This document shows positions 35,582 to 44,704 of a DNA stretch of 64,000 nt, in pieces. Position numbers and translations under genes: made by a program. Position 1 is the stretch's first letter; every line of letters begins with the position of its first letter. The notes under the pieces were generated by a model. It saw only the letters and a list, made by a program, of their open reading frames with translations, searched no databases and was not told where the DNA came from. The stretch comes from a virus. Lineage: Duplodnaviria > Caudoviricetes. Where the stretch lies: the IMG/VR virus record IMGVR_UViG_3300048861_000079, positions 1 to 64,000 of that record. The stretch is one strand, 5' to 3'.

Positions 35582-36378
35582 TGACCTATCCGTTCTTTGA
35601 GGCGTTCGAAGACGCCAAGGCACACGCGCGCAGGCAGTTCCCGGAAGAGAGTTGCGGCGTCATCGTCAAGGGCAAGTATATCGCCTGCGACAACGTCGCC
35701 GACGATCCGGCCAACCACATCGATCATGCGGACTGCGACTGCCGGCTTTGCGCCTTCGCTATCGGTTCGAAGGAATACGACAAGCACGCGATCGCCGGCA
35801 TCGACATGGTGATCCATAGCCATCCGAACGGCCCGTTCTATCCCTCGCTCGCCGACATGGAATACCAGGCGCGCACCGGCCGCCCGTGGGCAATCATCGT
35901 CCTGGACGAAGAGCGCATCTCCACCAAGCCCACCATCTGGGGCGCTGAGACCGAGATCCCGGCGATCCTCGGCCGCGAATTCATGCACGGCGTGACCGAC
36001 TGCTACCAGCTCATCAAGGACGTCTACGCGCTCGGCCGCGAGAAGCTCGAGGCGCAGGGCATCGTCGGGTGGCCGTTTGAGCCGATCACGCTGATGCACA
36101 AGCCGCGCGAGGATGCCTGGTGGGAAGGCGATGCCGATCTCTACGAGGAGAACTTCGCGGCTGCCGGCTTTGTCGAGGTCACCGACGCACCGAAGCCCGG
36201 CGACGTCTTCCTGATGAAGATCCGCTCTTCGAAGAACAATCACGGCGGCGTCCTTCTCGACAACGCACTCATCCTTCATCACCTGCCGCAGCGCCTCTCC
36301 AGGCGTGAGCCGGCCGGCATCTGGGGCCGCCAGGCGACGAAGTGGCTTCGCTACGTAGGCGAGGGCACCCATGCGTAA
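35581..36378 (+). CDS. Tail tip protein K-like (JAB + NlpC/P60)
   Basis: PEESCG, HSHP...PS..D, DCY, H.G motifs; start 35581. Confidence 0.9.
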   Translation: MTYPFFEAFEDAKAHARRQFPEESCGVIVKGKYIACDNVADDPANHIDHADCDCRLCAFAIGSKEYDKHAIAGIDMVIHSHPNGPFYPSLADMEYQARTGRPWAIIVLDEERISTKPTIWGAETEIPAILGREFMHGVTDCYQLIKDVYALGREKLEAQGIVGWPFEPITLMHKPREDAWWEGDADLYEENFAAAGFVEVTDAPKPGDVFLMKIRSSKNNHGGVLLDNALILHHLPQRLSRREPAGIWGRQATKWLRYVGEGTHA

Positions 36379-37030
36379 GATCTTTCTCCACGGCTCTCTG
36401 GGCGACCGCTACGGCCACGAATTCGAACTGGAAGTGTCGACGGCCGGCGAGGCCTTTCGCGCGCTGGCTGCCAACTTCTCGGGCTTCATGAAGCAGGTCC
36501 GCGAGGGCGCCTGGCATATCGTGCGCGCTCATAAGGGCGACATCGACGGCGGCATTTCCCTCGATGAGACCCAGATCAAGGGCTTCCATCTAGGCCGTAA
36601 GGGCGACCTTCACATCCTGCCTTACGTCGCCGGCTCCAAGCGCGGCGGCCTGCTTAAGGTCGTTCTCGGCGTCGTCCTTGTCGGAGCAGCCTTTGCTTTG
36701 ACTGGCGGCGCGCTTGCATCGCCGATCCTCGGCGCCGGTGGCCTGCTCGGCGGCGTAACGGGCAGCCATGTTGCGCTCATTGGTGCGGCTGTCGCACTGG
36801 CCGGCGTCTCTTCGATGCTGACGCCCGAGCAGAAGGCCTCCGACGAAGACGGCTCGAGCTCCTTCACCATGTCCGGCCCCGGCAACACCAGCAACCAGGG
36901 CGGCCCTGTGCCTCTCGCTTACGGCGAGATCATCACCGGCGGCACGCTGATCTCCGGCGGCGTCGACATCGAGCAGATCGCGGTTACCGGCGACGGTGGC
37001 GGGTCGGTTGGATCGGGAGGCAAGAAGTGA
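36371..37030 (+). CDS. Tail assembly protein I-like
   Basis: L.G.LG.RYG; QGGPVPLAYGE. Confidence 0.9.
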   Translation: MRKIFLHGSLGDRYGHEFELEVSTAGEAFRALAANFSGFMKQVREGAWHIVRAHKGDIDGGISLDETQIKGFHLGRKGDLHILPYVAGSKRGGLLKVVLGVVLVGAAFALTGGALASPILGAGGLLGGVTGSHVALIGAAVALAGVSSMLTPEQKASDEDGSSSFTMSGPGNTSNQGGPVPLAYGEIITGGTLISGGVDIEQIAVTGDGGGSVGSGGKK

Positions 37031-40000
37031 TCACGATCGAACGGCACACCCTGACGTCGTCTACGACGATGGGCCTTCCTCCTGTCCGCGGACGGCGCGT
37101 CTTTGGTCGCGGTGGCGGTGGCGGCAAGAGCGGAGGCAGCGCCTCCAACGACAAGAACACCATGCGCTCGCGCGCGGACTTCCGCCTGATCGACGCCATC
37201 TCCGAAGGCGAGATCGAGGGCCTGGTCAATGGCGCGCAGTCGATCTTCTTCGACCAGACCCCGCTGCAGAACGCCGACGGCACCTTCAATTTCAAGGACG
37301 TCGCCTGGTCGGCGCACCGCGGCCTGGCTGACGAAGGCTACTTCAACGGCCATGACGCCGTCGAGACACCTGTCGAGGTCGAGACCCAGGTCAAGAACGC
37401 TCTTGGCCCGACCACCCGCACCATCGTTGACGAGAACGTCGATGCAGTCCGCGTCATCATGCGCATTCCGGCGCTGGTCAAGCAGGACAGCAAGGGCGGC
37501 CTGAAGAAGACTTCGGTCTCCTACACGATCTCCTACCGCGCCAACAACGGCTCCTGGGTCGACGCGATCCAGAACGACATCAGCAATCAGAAGGCGCTTT
37601 CGCCTTTCCAGATCGCTCATGTCGTCAATCTCCCGGCCGGCGGCTCGCCCTGGGATATCCGCGTCACCCGCAACACCGCCGACAGTGACGACGACAAGCT
37701 CCAGAACGACACCTATTGGGAAGGTTACGTCGAGCTCGTCTACGGCAAGTTCATCTACCCGCACACCGCGGGCGTGGCGCTCTCCGGCAATGCCGAGGAG
37801 ATGGGCAGCTCCGTTCCGCCGCGCAGCTACCACATCAAGGGCATGAAGATCGCGGTTCCGTCGAACTACGATCCGATCGCGCGCACCTATTCCGGGATCT
37901 GGAACGGATCCTTCAAGATCGCCTGGACCAACAATCCGGCCTGGATCTTTTACGACCTCATCACCAACGACCGCTACGGCCTGGGCGAATTCGTCAGCCC
38001 CGAGATCGTTGACAAGTGGTCGCTCTACACCATCGCGCAGTATTGCGATCAGCAGGTGAAGTCCGGCTTCAAGAACGGCGACACGGGTGCGGATCTCTAC
38101 GAGCCGCGCTTTACCTTCAATGGCGTCATCAACACCAAGGATGAAGCCTACAACGTCCTGCAGAACATCACCCAGGCCTGGCGCGGCATGGCCTATTGGG
38201 CGATGGGCCAGGTCTTTGCGACCGCCGACATGCCGGCAGACCCGGTCAAGCTGGTCTCGCCCGCCAACGTCGTCGGTGGCGACTTCGACTATGCCGGCAC
38301 TGCGATCAAGGCCCGGCACTCCGTCGTCATGGTCAAGTGGAACAATCCGGACGACTTCTATCGTGCCGACACCGAAGTCGTCATCGATAGCGACCTTCTG
38401 CACAAGTATGGATGGCGCGACAAGACGGTGCAGCTGAACGGCTGCACGTCGCGCGGCCTGGCGCATCGCTACGGCAAGTGGATCATCGACACCGAACAGC
38501 ACGAGACCGACACGCTGACCTACTCGGCGTCCTGGGACCATGCCGAAGTGCGCCCTGGTGAAATCGTCGCCGTCTCGCATCCGCGCAAGGCGCAGATCCG
38601 CGCGTCCGGCCGTGTCGTCAAGCATGACGAACTGACCATCACCCTCGATGATGATTTCGACTGGAACGAAGGCCAGACCTATCAGCTGATGCTGACCATG
38701 CCGTCGGGCCAGCTCGAGACGAAGCCGATCCTCGCCTTCCTCGACAATCATACGGTTCGCGTTTCCTCTGCCTATTCGGCCGAGGCGCTCGCTGACGCCA
38801 TGTGGACGATCACGGGCTCCGACATCACGCCGCGGCTCTTCCGCGTCATCAATGTCGAGGAGTCGGAGCCGAACATCTTCAAGGTCACGGCGCTGTTCCA
38901 TGACCCGCAGAAGTATGCCCGCGTCGAGCAGGATATCTATTTCGACCCGCTTCCCTACGAGCGCCCGCCGACCGGCTCCGTGCCGCCGACGAACCTGCTG
39001 GTAAAGGAAAGCGGCTACGTCTCCAACAATGTCCAGACGCTCCAGCTGACCGTCTCCTGGACGCCGCCGACCAATGTCCTTGCCCGCGGCTTCCTGGTCT
39101 CGGTCGACACGCCGGATGACGGCCACATCGTTCTCGGCTCGACCGATAACGCCTACATGGACATGTATAACACCACGTCGGGCGAATACACGTTCTACGT
39201 CCAGACGATCTCCATGACGGGTATCGCCTCGGCGCCTGCGCAGATCACCTTTGATGCCGCAGGTCCGGAAGGCTTCATGCGGCCGACGGTCTCCGACCTG
39301 GTGCTGGTCCAGAACCCCGGTTCGACGCAGTTCACCGGCAGGGATCTGATCGTCACCTGGAAGAACAACTTCGCGCTCTCGGCTGACCCGTCCTCGCCCT
39401 ATTACGAGCCGAGCGACGTCCAGAGCCCGCACTACGCCTTCAACACCGTCAAGATCTACAACGGCAACACGGGCGAGCTGCTGCGCCAGTCGATCGTCGG
39501 CACGAACAATTTCGACTACGATTTCCTGACCAACCAGGCCGACAACGCCGCTAAGGGTCATCCGGCCTGCCGCGTGCTGCGCGTGGCTGTCACTGTCACG
39601 GATATCTACGGCCGCGAGTCGGCTGAAGCCACGGTGGTCTTCTCCAATCCGCCTATTCCCGAGATGGCGATCCAGACCTCGGTCAACGGCCATACGATCT
39701 ATATCTCCTACGACTTGCCCGCCCAACCTGACTTCCAGGGCGTCGATCTCTGGATCGAGGAGGCATCGGGCTACAATCCGCTGACGACGGCGCCTTTTTA
39801 CGAGGGCGGCAACAACCAGATCACGTTCTCGGGCAAGGACGCGACCGACTATTTCATCCGGGTCGGCGGCTTCGACGTCTTCGGCAAGGATGGAATGCTG
39901 ATCGCGCCTGAGGTTCAGGTCCACACCCTGCGCCTGCTCGACATCGATCCGCCCGCGGTGCCGGCGAACCTCCAGATTACGACCGGTATCGACATTGCGC

Positions 40001-41850
40001 CCGATGGCACGGTGCGTGCGCTGCTGCATGCAACGGTCGATGCCAACACGGAAGCAGACTTCGCGCGCTACGAGTTCGAGATCAAGGAAGGCAACGGCAA
40101 TTGGGTCTCCTACTCGACCGGCTCGCCTAACTTTGACTGGACTGTCACGCCTGGCCGGACCTACACGGTTCGTGTCCGTGGTCTCGACAGCCTGAGCAAT
40201 GCGTCCGCTTTCGGCGCCGAGGTCCAGATCGTTGCCGCCAAGGACAGCGTTGCGCCGGCTATCCCGCAGAACGTCCATGCGACCGGGCTCTTCCGCTCCA
40301 TCTGGGTCGACTGCGACAAGGTCGCCGACGCGGATCTCGCCTATTATGAGGTCGAGGCATCCAAGAACGGCCTGGCGACGATCTACCAGGTCACGGCTCC
40401 GCCCTTCATCCATTCCAACCTTGTCGTCGGTGACCAGTGGAGCTTCCGTATCCGTGCGGTCGACACCTCTGAAAACCGCTCTGGCTGGTCTGGCGTGGCA
40501 ACCGCGACCGTCGGCGCCATCAATCCCGGCGACCTGCCGCCCGACGCGCTGATCTCGACCTTCGCACTGATCGACACCGCTTTCATCGAAAGCGCCCAAA
40601 TTATCGAGATCGATGCTAGCAAGATCAAGGCTGGCTCGGTCCTGGCAGGCACGGTCAAGGTCTCGACCTTGGCCGGCAATGTCAATCTCGGCGACGGCGG
40701 CGCGCTCGTCAACAACGGTTCGACGCAGATCGATCCCGGCAAGATCGTCATTTCCGGCGGCACGACGCTCGCTGACTGGCGCTCGGGTGGCGACAACACG
40801 CTGATCGACGGTGGCGCGCTCTCGGCCAACTCCGTTGCAGCCGAATCCCTGACGATCGGTCAGCGCGGTATCACGGTCGAGGGCATCGAGTTCAGCTCCA
40901 ACAGCCCGGCGGTCAACAGCGCCTCCTGGTCTGCCGGCACGATCCGCTACACCGGCGACGACGGCAACATTGCTTCGCGCAATATCGTCGCCGGCAATGC
41001 CGCGTGGACGACTGGTGTCACCTACCTCTACTGGACGAAGGGCGGCACGACGATCCAGGCGACCACGAATGCCGTCACGGCCTTTGGTCCGAACACCGTT
41101 GTTCTGGCTGCCTATCGCGGCGCGACTGACCTGGTTGTCGACTATGGCCGCACGATCATCGACGGTTCGAAGATCAAGACCGGCACGATCCAGGCCGATC
41201 AGCTCTCGGCGAACTCTGTCGGTGCAAGCCAGATCCAGGCACTCGCGATCCAGACGACGCACCTGGCTGCAAGCATCATCACGGCCGACAAGATTGGCGC
41301 TCGCCAGATCACGGCTGACAAGATCGCGGTCGGCGCGCTCGACGCAACGACGATCAAGGCGCATTCGATTTCGACCGACCAGCTCGTCGTCGGTGGCGTC
41401 GACTTCAGCGCGCTTGCAGTTGGTGCCTGCACGGCCGCTGGCGCTGCCCGCTCTTCGGATGGACTGAACGCCGGTCTTGGCACGACGCAGTTACAGGCTG
41501 TGGGTGTCAACGCCGTCGCCGGCTCCTTCTGCGTGATTGAAGGCTCGGCAGCTATCTCGCAGACCGGCGTAAATAACGGAACGACGGTTGGTATTGCGAT
41601 CTATCTCTATCGCAACGGCAATCTGATCTACTCGGTTCAGGATTGGGCGCCGAACGTGAACTTCACGACGACCACCGACCGAAATGGTCAGGTGGTCATC
41701 AACGGCACGGTGGGCGGCATGATCAGTTTCGCGTTCATGGACACCGGCGTGAATGCAGGCGGGAACACCTACCAGTTTCTTGTCAACTGCACCGGCACGC
41801 CCTTGACCTTTACCGAACGCAACCTAATCGCAACGGTCTACAAGAGGTAA
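37027..41850 (+). CDS. Central tail fibre / host specificity protein J-like
   Basis: ISEGEIEGL, WTNNPAWI, EPRFTFNG, FN3 repeats, ITADKI repeats. Confidence 0.92.
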   Translation: MITIERHTLTSSTTMGLPPVRGRRVFGRGGGGGKSGGSASNDKNTMRSRADFRLIDAISEGEIEGLVNGAQSIFFDQTPLQNADGTFNFKDVAWSAHRGLADEGYFNGHDAVETPVEVETQVKNALGPTTRTIVDENVDAVRVIMRIPALVKQDSKGGLKKTSVSYTISYRANNGSWVDAIQNDISNQKALSPFQIAHVVNLPAGGSPWDIRVTRNTADSDDDKLQNDTYWEGYVELVYGKFIYPHTAGVALSGNAEEMGSSVPPRSYHIKGMKIAVPSNYDPIARTYSGIWNGSFKIAWTNNPAWIFYDLITNDRYGLGEFVSPEIVDKWSLYTIAQYCDQQVKSGFKNGDTGADLYEPRFTFNGVINTKDEAYNVLQNITQAWRGMAYWAMGQVFATADMPADPVKLVSPANVVGGDFDYAGTAIKARHSVVMVKWNNPDDFYRADTEVVIDSDLLHKYGWRDKTVQLNGCTSRGLAHRYGKWIIDTEQHETDTLTYSASWDHAEVRPGEIVAVSHPRKAQIRASGRVVKHDELTITLDDDFDWNEGQTYQLMLTMPSGQLETKPILAFLDNHTVRVSSAYSAEALADAMWTITGSDITPRLFRVINVEESEPNIFKVTALFHDPQKYARVEQDIYFDPLPYERPPTGSVPPTNLLVKESGYVSNNVQTLQLTVSWTPPTNVLARGFLVSVDTPDDGHIVLGSTDNAYMDMYNTTSGEYTFYVQTISMTGIASAPAQITFDAAGPEGFMRPTVSDLVLVQNPGSTQFTGRDLIVTWKNNFALSADPSSPYYEPSDVQSPHYAFNTVKIYNGNTGELLRQSIVGTNNFDYDFLTNQADNAAKGHPACRVLRVAVTVTDIYGRESAEATVVFSNPPIPEMAIQTSVNGHTIYISYDLPAQPDFQGVDLWIEEASGYNPLTTAPFYEGGNNQITFSGKDATDYFIRVGGFDVFGKDGMLIAPEVQVHTLRLLDIDPPAVPANLQITTGIDIAPDGTVRALLHATVDANTEADFARYEFEIKEGNGNWVSYSTGSPNFDWTVTPGRTYTVRVRGLDSLSNASAFGAEVQIVAAKDSVAPAIPQNVHATGLFRSIWVDCDKVADADLAYYEVEASKNGLATIYQVTAPPFIHSNLVVGDQWSFRIRAVDTSENRSGWSGVATATVGAINPGDLPPDALISTFALIDTAFIESAQIIEIDASKIKAGSVLAGTVKVSTLAGNVNLGDGGALVNNGSTQIDPGKIVISGGTTLADWRSGGDNTLIDGGALSANSVAAESLTIGQRGITVEGIEFSSNSPAVNSASWSAGTIRYTGDDGNIASRNIVAGNAAWTTGVTYLYWTKGGTTIQATTNAVTAFGPNTVVLAAYRGATDLVVDYGRTIIDGSKIKTGTIQADQLSANSVGASQIQALAIQTTHLAASIITADKIGARQITADKIAVGALDATTIKAHSISTDQLVVGGVDFSALAVGACTAAGAARSSDGLNAGLGTTQLQAVGVNAVAGSFCVIEGSAAISQTGVNNGTTVGIAIYLYRNGNLIYSVQDWAPNVNFTTTTDRNGQVVINGTVGGMISFAFMDTGVNAGGNTYQFLVNCTGTPLTFTERNLIATVYKR

Positions 41851-41852
41851 CG

Positions 41853-42302
41853 ATGACGGACGAAACGGAAACGACGGGAGAGAGCGCTCTCCCGTTTGAC
41901 GACGGCAGGGCCTATTTCGTGGTCCACGATACGGCCGGCAAGATCCTGCGCCATGGCATCTGCACCGTTGACAGCCTGACGCTGCAGGGCGCGGGTGACA
42001 CTGTGCTCGTGATCAACCAGGCTGATGCAACGAACGACCTCGACAGCACCCACTATGTAGATGGCGAGCAGCTCATCGCGCGCGCGCCGCTCGAATGTGA
42101 GGACAGCTATACGGTTGCTGCCGATGGCGTTGCAACGGTTAGCTTTGCCCTTCCGGCCGGCACAAAGATCGATTTCCAGGGTGTGACCCATGATGGCGAC
42201 ACCACTTTCGAATTCCTCACCGATACGCCCGGCGACTACGAATTCTTCTTCTGGGCGCCGGTGACCTATCGCAACAGGAAGGTGACGATCCATGCAGTTT
42301 AA
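41853..42302 (+). CDS. Tail-associated hypothetical protein
   Basis: GAGG SD, ATG 41853 after J. Confidence 0.7.
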   Translation: MTDETETTGESALPFDDGRAYFVVHDTAGKILRHGICTVDSLTLQGAGDTVLVINQADATNDLDSTHYVDGEQLIARAPLECEDSYTVAADGVATVSFALPAGTKIDFQGVTHDGDTTFEFLTDTPGDYEFFFWAPVTYRNRKVTIHAV

Positions 42303-42705
42303 GATCGAGATCGGACTCGACGCCATAAAGGCAAACCTTTCCGCCCAGGTCGACGCCGAGGCGGGCTTCGTGCGCCAGCGCTTCATCTCCGTCGGCGCCG
42401 GCCAGGAGATGGTCTACCAGGCGAAGTTCGAGGAGGCGCAGCTTATCGTCGCCGACCCGCAGCAGGGCGCGAGCGTTCCGGAATCGGAGACGCCGCACCT
42501 GAGCAAGGAGGCCGCGACGAATGGCGTGAGCCGCTACGACATGGCTGTCGTGGTGCTCACGATCCGTCAGCAGTGGGCGACTGTCTCGCCTCTGATCGAG
42601 GACCGCCGGCTGACCACCAAGGCAGCGATCGACGCTGCGACGACTGTAGCGGCCGCGCGATTGGCAAAGAACATCGACTGGAGCGACATCGAGGCGCTGG
42701 TCTGA
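42292..42705 (+). CDS. Tail fibre assembly-like protein
   Basis: VDAEAG..R.RF.....GQ...YQAK..EA motif. Confidence 0.7.
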   Translation: MQFKIEIGLDAIKANLSAQVDAEAGFVRQRFISVGAGQEMVYQAKFEEAQLIVADPQQGASVPESETPHLSKEAATNGVSRYDMAVVVLTIRQQWATVSPLIEDRRLTTKAAIDAATTVAAARLAKNIDWSDIEALV

Positions 42706-42736
42706 CGGTTTTTCTTGCTTGATCTCTCCATATGTA

Positions 42737-42756
42737 GTAAGTAAACACTTACTTAC
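42737..42756. promoter_or_regulatory. Operator copy upstream of lysis genes
   Basis: GTAAGTAAACACTTACTTAC. Confidence 0.8.
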
Positions 42757-42776
42757 ATACAACTTCGGAGAGACCT

Positions 42777-43178
42777 ATGGCCTCGCTTCCTGAAATCAAG
42801 CTGAATAAGGAGACCATCGGTTTCCTGACTGGCGCGATCGGCCTGTGTGTCACGATCTTTACTGGTTATAACTACTACCAGTCTGGCCGCGCCGAGAACT
42901 CGCCCGTCGTTCAGCAGATCGCCAGCTCCATCGCTGAGGTCAGTCGTAACCAGGCGCTCAAGAACCAGGAGCAGGATTCGCGTCTCGATCGCAACGACCG
43001 GGACCGCGAGCGCTTCAACACCAATATCAAGGAGCTGACCGACAAGACGGGTGATCTGACGATCGCCGTCGTCAAGCTCACGACGATCCTGGAAAACTCG
43101 CCGACCCGCAAGGCCGATCTGGTTACCCCGATCCCGCTGCCCTCGATGCCGCTCGTATCGGTCGAGGCCAAGCGATGA
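42777..43178 (+). CDS. Membrane-anchored coiled-coil protein (holin/antiholin-like)
   Basis: N-terminal TM helix plus coiled coil; first gene of the lysis cassette. Confidence 0.6.
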   Translation: MASLPEIKLNKETIGFLTGAIGLCVTIFTGYNYYQSGRAENSPVVQQIASSIAEVSRNQALKNQEQDSRLDRNDRDRERFNTNIKELTDKTGDLTIAVVKLTTILENSPTRKADLVTPIPLPSMPLVSVEAKR

Positions 43179-43414
43179 TCCGCAACGTTCACCCCGACTG
43201 GAAGAAGATCCTGACCCATTCCTACGTGGTCTGGGCCGGCTACGGTCTCTTCGTTCTCAACGCGCTCGACGCATCCTACTGGTTCTTCCTCGGCTATGCG
43301 CCGATCCCGCAGTGGGCCATGGGCCTCGCGTCCGGCCTGATCGGTCTCGCGATCCCTTACCTGCGCGTGAAGCTCCAGAAGTCCATCTCAGGAGACACGC
43401 ATGCCGGTGAATAA
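43175..43414 (+). CDS. Putative holin
   Basis: Two TM helices, directly upstream of the endolysin. Confidence 0.7.
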   Translation: MIRNVHPDWKKILTHSYVVWAGYGLFVLNALDASYWFFLGYAPIPQWAMGLASGLIGLAIPYLRVKLQKSISGDTHAGE

Positions 43415-44039
43415 GATCGTCGCAACCAGGCGCGGCAAGGCAGTGGTCGTTGCTGGCCTTCTGGCCGCGGCCGCATCCGGTTGGCAGGGCTGGATTCAGT
43501 CCCACACCGTCACTCCGCAGTCCATTCACCAGGCAATCGACAAGGGCATCACGCCTCCTGCCGTCGAGATCGCCATTGCTCTTGCCAGCAAGTGGGAAGG
43601 CGTGCGCCTGACCGCCTATCTCGACCCGATCGGCAAGCCGACGGTCTGCAAGGGCGAGACCATGGTCAATGGCAAGCCCGTAAAGCTCGGCATGCACTTC
43701 ACGCTCGATGAGTGCAACGCCATGCTCAAGAAGCGGCTGATCCACGATTACTACCTGCCGCTGGTCGACAACGTGAAGGACTTCGTCACGGCGCCGGACA
43801 GTGTCCAGGGTGCCGCTCTCGACGTCGCCTACAACGTCGGCACGGGTGTCATCACCAGCAAGACCTCGACCGCAGGCAAGGCCATTTCCGCTCACGATTA
43901 CCAGAAGGCATGCGCCGGCCTCACGCTCTTCAACCGCGCGGGCGGCAAGGTTCTCCCTGGCCTCGATAACCGCCGGAAGATGGGCGACAAGACCCGCGAG
44001 GGCGAAGCCGAGGTCTGCCTCAATACGGAGGTCAAGTGA
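43401..44039 (+). CDS. GH24 lysozyme endolysin (possible SAR type)
   Basis: WEG.RLTAYLD..GKPTVC.GET; YNVG; LDNRR; hydrophobic N-terminus. Confidence 0.9.
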   Translation: MPVNKIVATRRGKAVVVAGLLAAAASGWQGWIQSHTVTPQSIHQAIDKGITPPAVEIAIALASKWEGVRLTAYLDPIGKPTVCKGETMVNGKPVKLGMHFTLDECNAMLKKRLIHDYYLPLVDNVKDFVTAPDSVQGAALDVAYNVGTGVITSKTSTAGKAISAHDYQKACAGLTLFNRAGGKVLPGLDNRRKMGDKTREGEAEVCLNTEVK

Positions 44040-44383
44040 TGCTCAACTTCTTCCCGCCAGGCGTGAAGCTCGCCTTTGCCGTTGGCGCCCTGATCCTGAT
44101 CGGTCTGGCACTCAACTGGACCTACGACCGGATCTACGACCACGGCTACCAGGCCGCGGCCGTCGTCTACGAACAGAAGGCCATCGACCAGAAGGCCGCA
44201 AACGATCGGGCTATCACTGCTGCAGACAAGGGTCTGCGCGAAGACATGGCCGCACTTGCCCTCGACAAGGAGAAGCTCGAAAATGACGTCGCTCGCCTCA
44301 ACGCTGAAGCCGCTAAGGATCCTGACGCTGCTTCTGGCGGTGTCAAGCGTAGCAGCGTGCAGCGCCTTAACGCCGTCCGCTAG
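44036..44383 (+). CDS. i-spanin (Rz-like)
   Basis: N-terminal TM plus coiled coil after the endolysin. Confidence 0.8.
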   Translation: MMLNFFPPGVKLAFAVGALILIGLALNWTYDRIYDHGYQAAAVVYEQKAIDQKAANDRAITAADKGLREDMAALALDKEKLENDVARLNAEAAKDPDAASGGVKRSSVQRLNAVR

Positions 44384-44636
44384 GGCGCCGATTGAGCTGC
44401 CGGCTCTTCCGGTAGAGCTGACCTGCAAGGCTGACGGTAAGGACGTCAACGGCAAGCCGTGCGATCCGCCGTGCCCCTATGGCGTGCTGATCCCGGAACG
44501 TGACCTTAACCAGGCCGAGACCGAGACCTACTGGCTCCGCGACCGCGCAAGCCTGCGCAAGTGCCGGAACGCCCAGACCGCAACCGTGAACTTCTACAAG
44601 GCGCTCAGCGACAATCTCCGTTCCCCGGAGAAGTAA
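44283..44636 (+). CDS. o-spanin (Rz1-like lipoprotein), overlapping the i-spanin
   Basis: Lipobox VAAC after a hydrophobic signal; Pro-rich. Confidence 0.8.
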   Translation: MTSLASTLKPLRILTLLLAVSSVAACSALTPSARAPIELPALPVELTCKADGKDVNGKPCDPPCPYGVLIPERDLNQAETETYWLRDRASLRKCRNAQTATVNFYKALSDNLRSPEK

Positions 44637-44699
44637 AGTCCGTCTGTCGTCTAATATAATACAGATATAAGTCTATAATATAGACTACGAAAGGCAGGG
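44637..44699. promoter_or_regulatory. Bipartite inverted-arm site S3
   Basis: GTCCGTCTGTCGTCTA...TAGACTACGAAAGGCAG; reverse complement aligns to S1 and S2. Confidence 0.6.
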
Positions 44700-44704
44700 A
44701 ATAC

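Noticed and set aside
36919-41364. 1481-aa antisense ORF, and similar long antisense ORFs (12239-13645, 20272-22218, 29734-31932, 31969-34146)
   Set aside because: Shadow frames opposite clear genes, caused by high GC3 and stop-codon scarcity; the Arg/Gly/Val-rich translations have no motifs.
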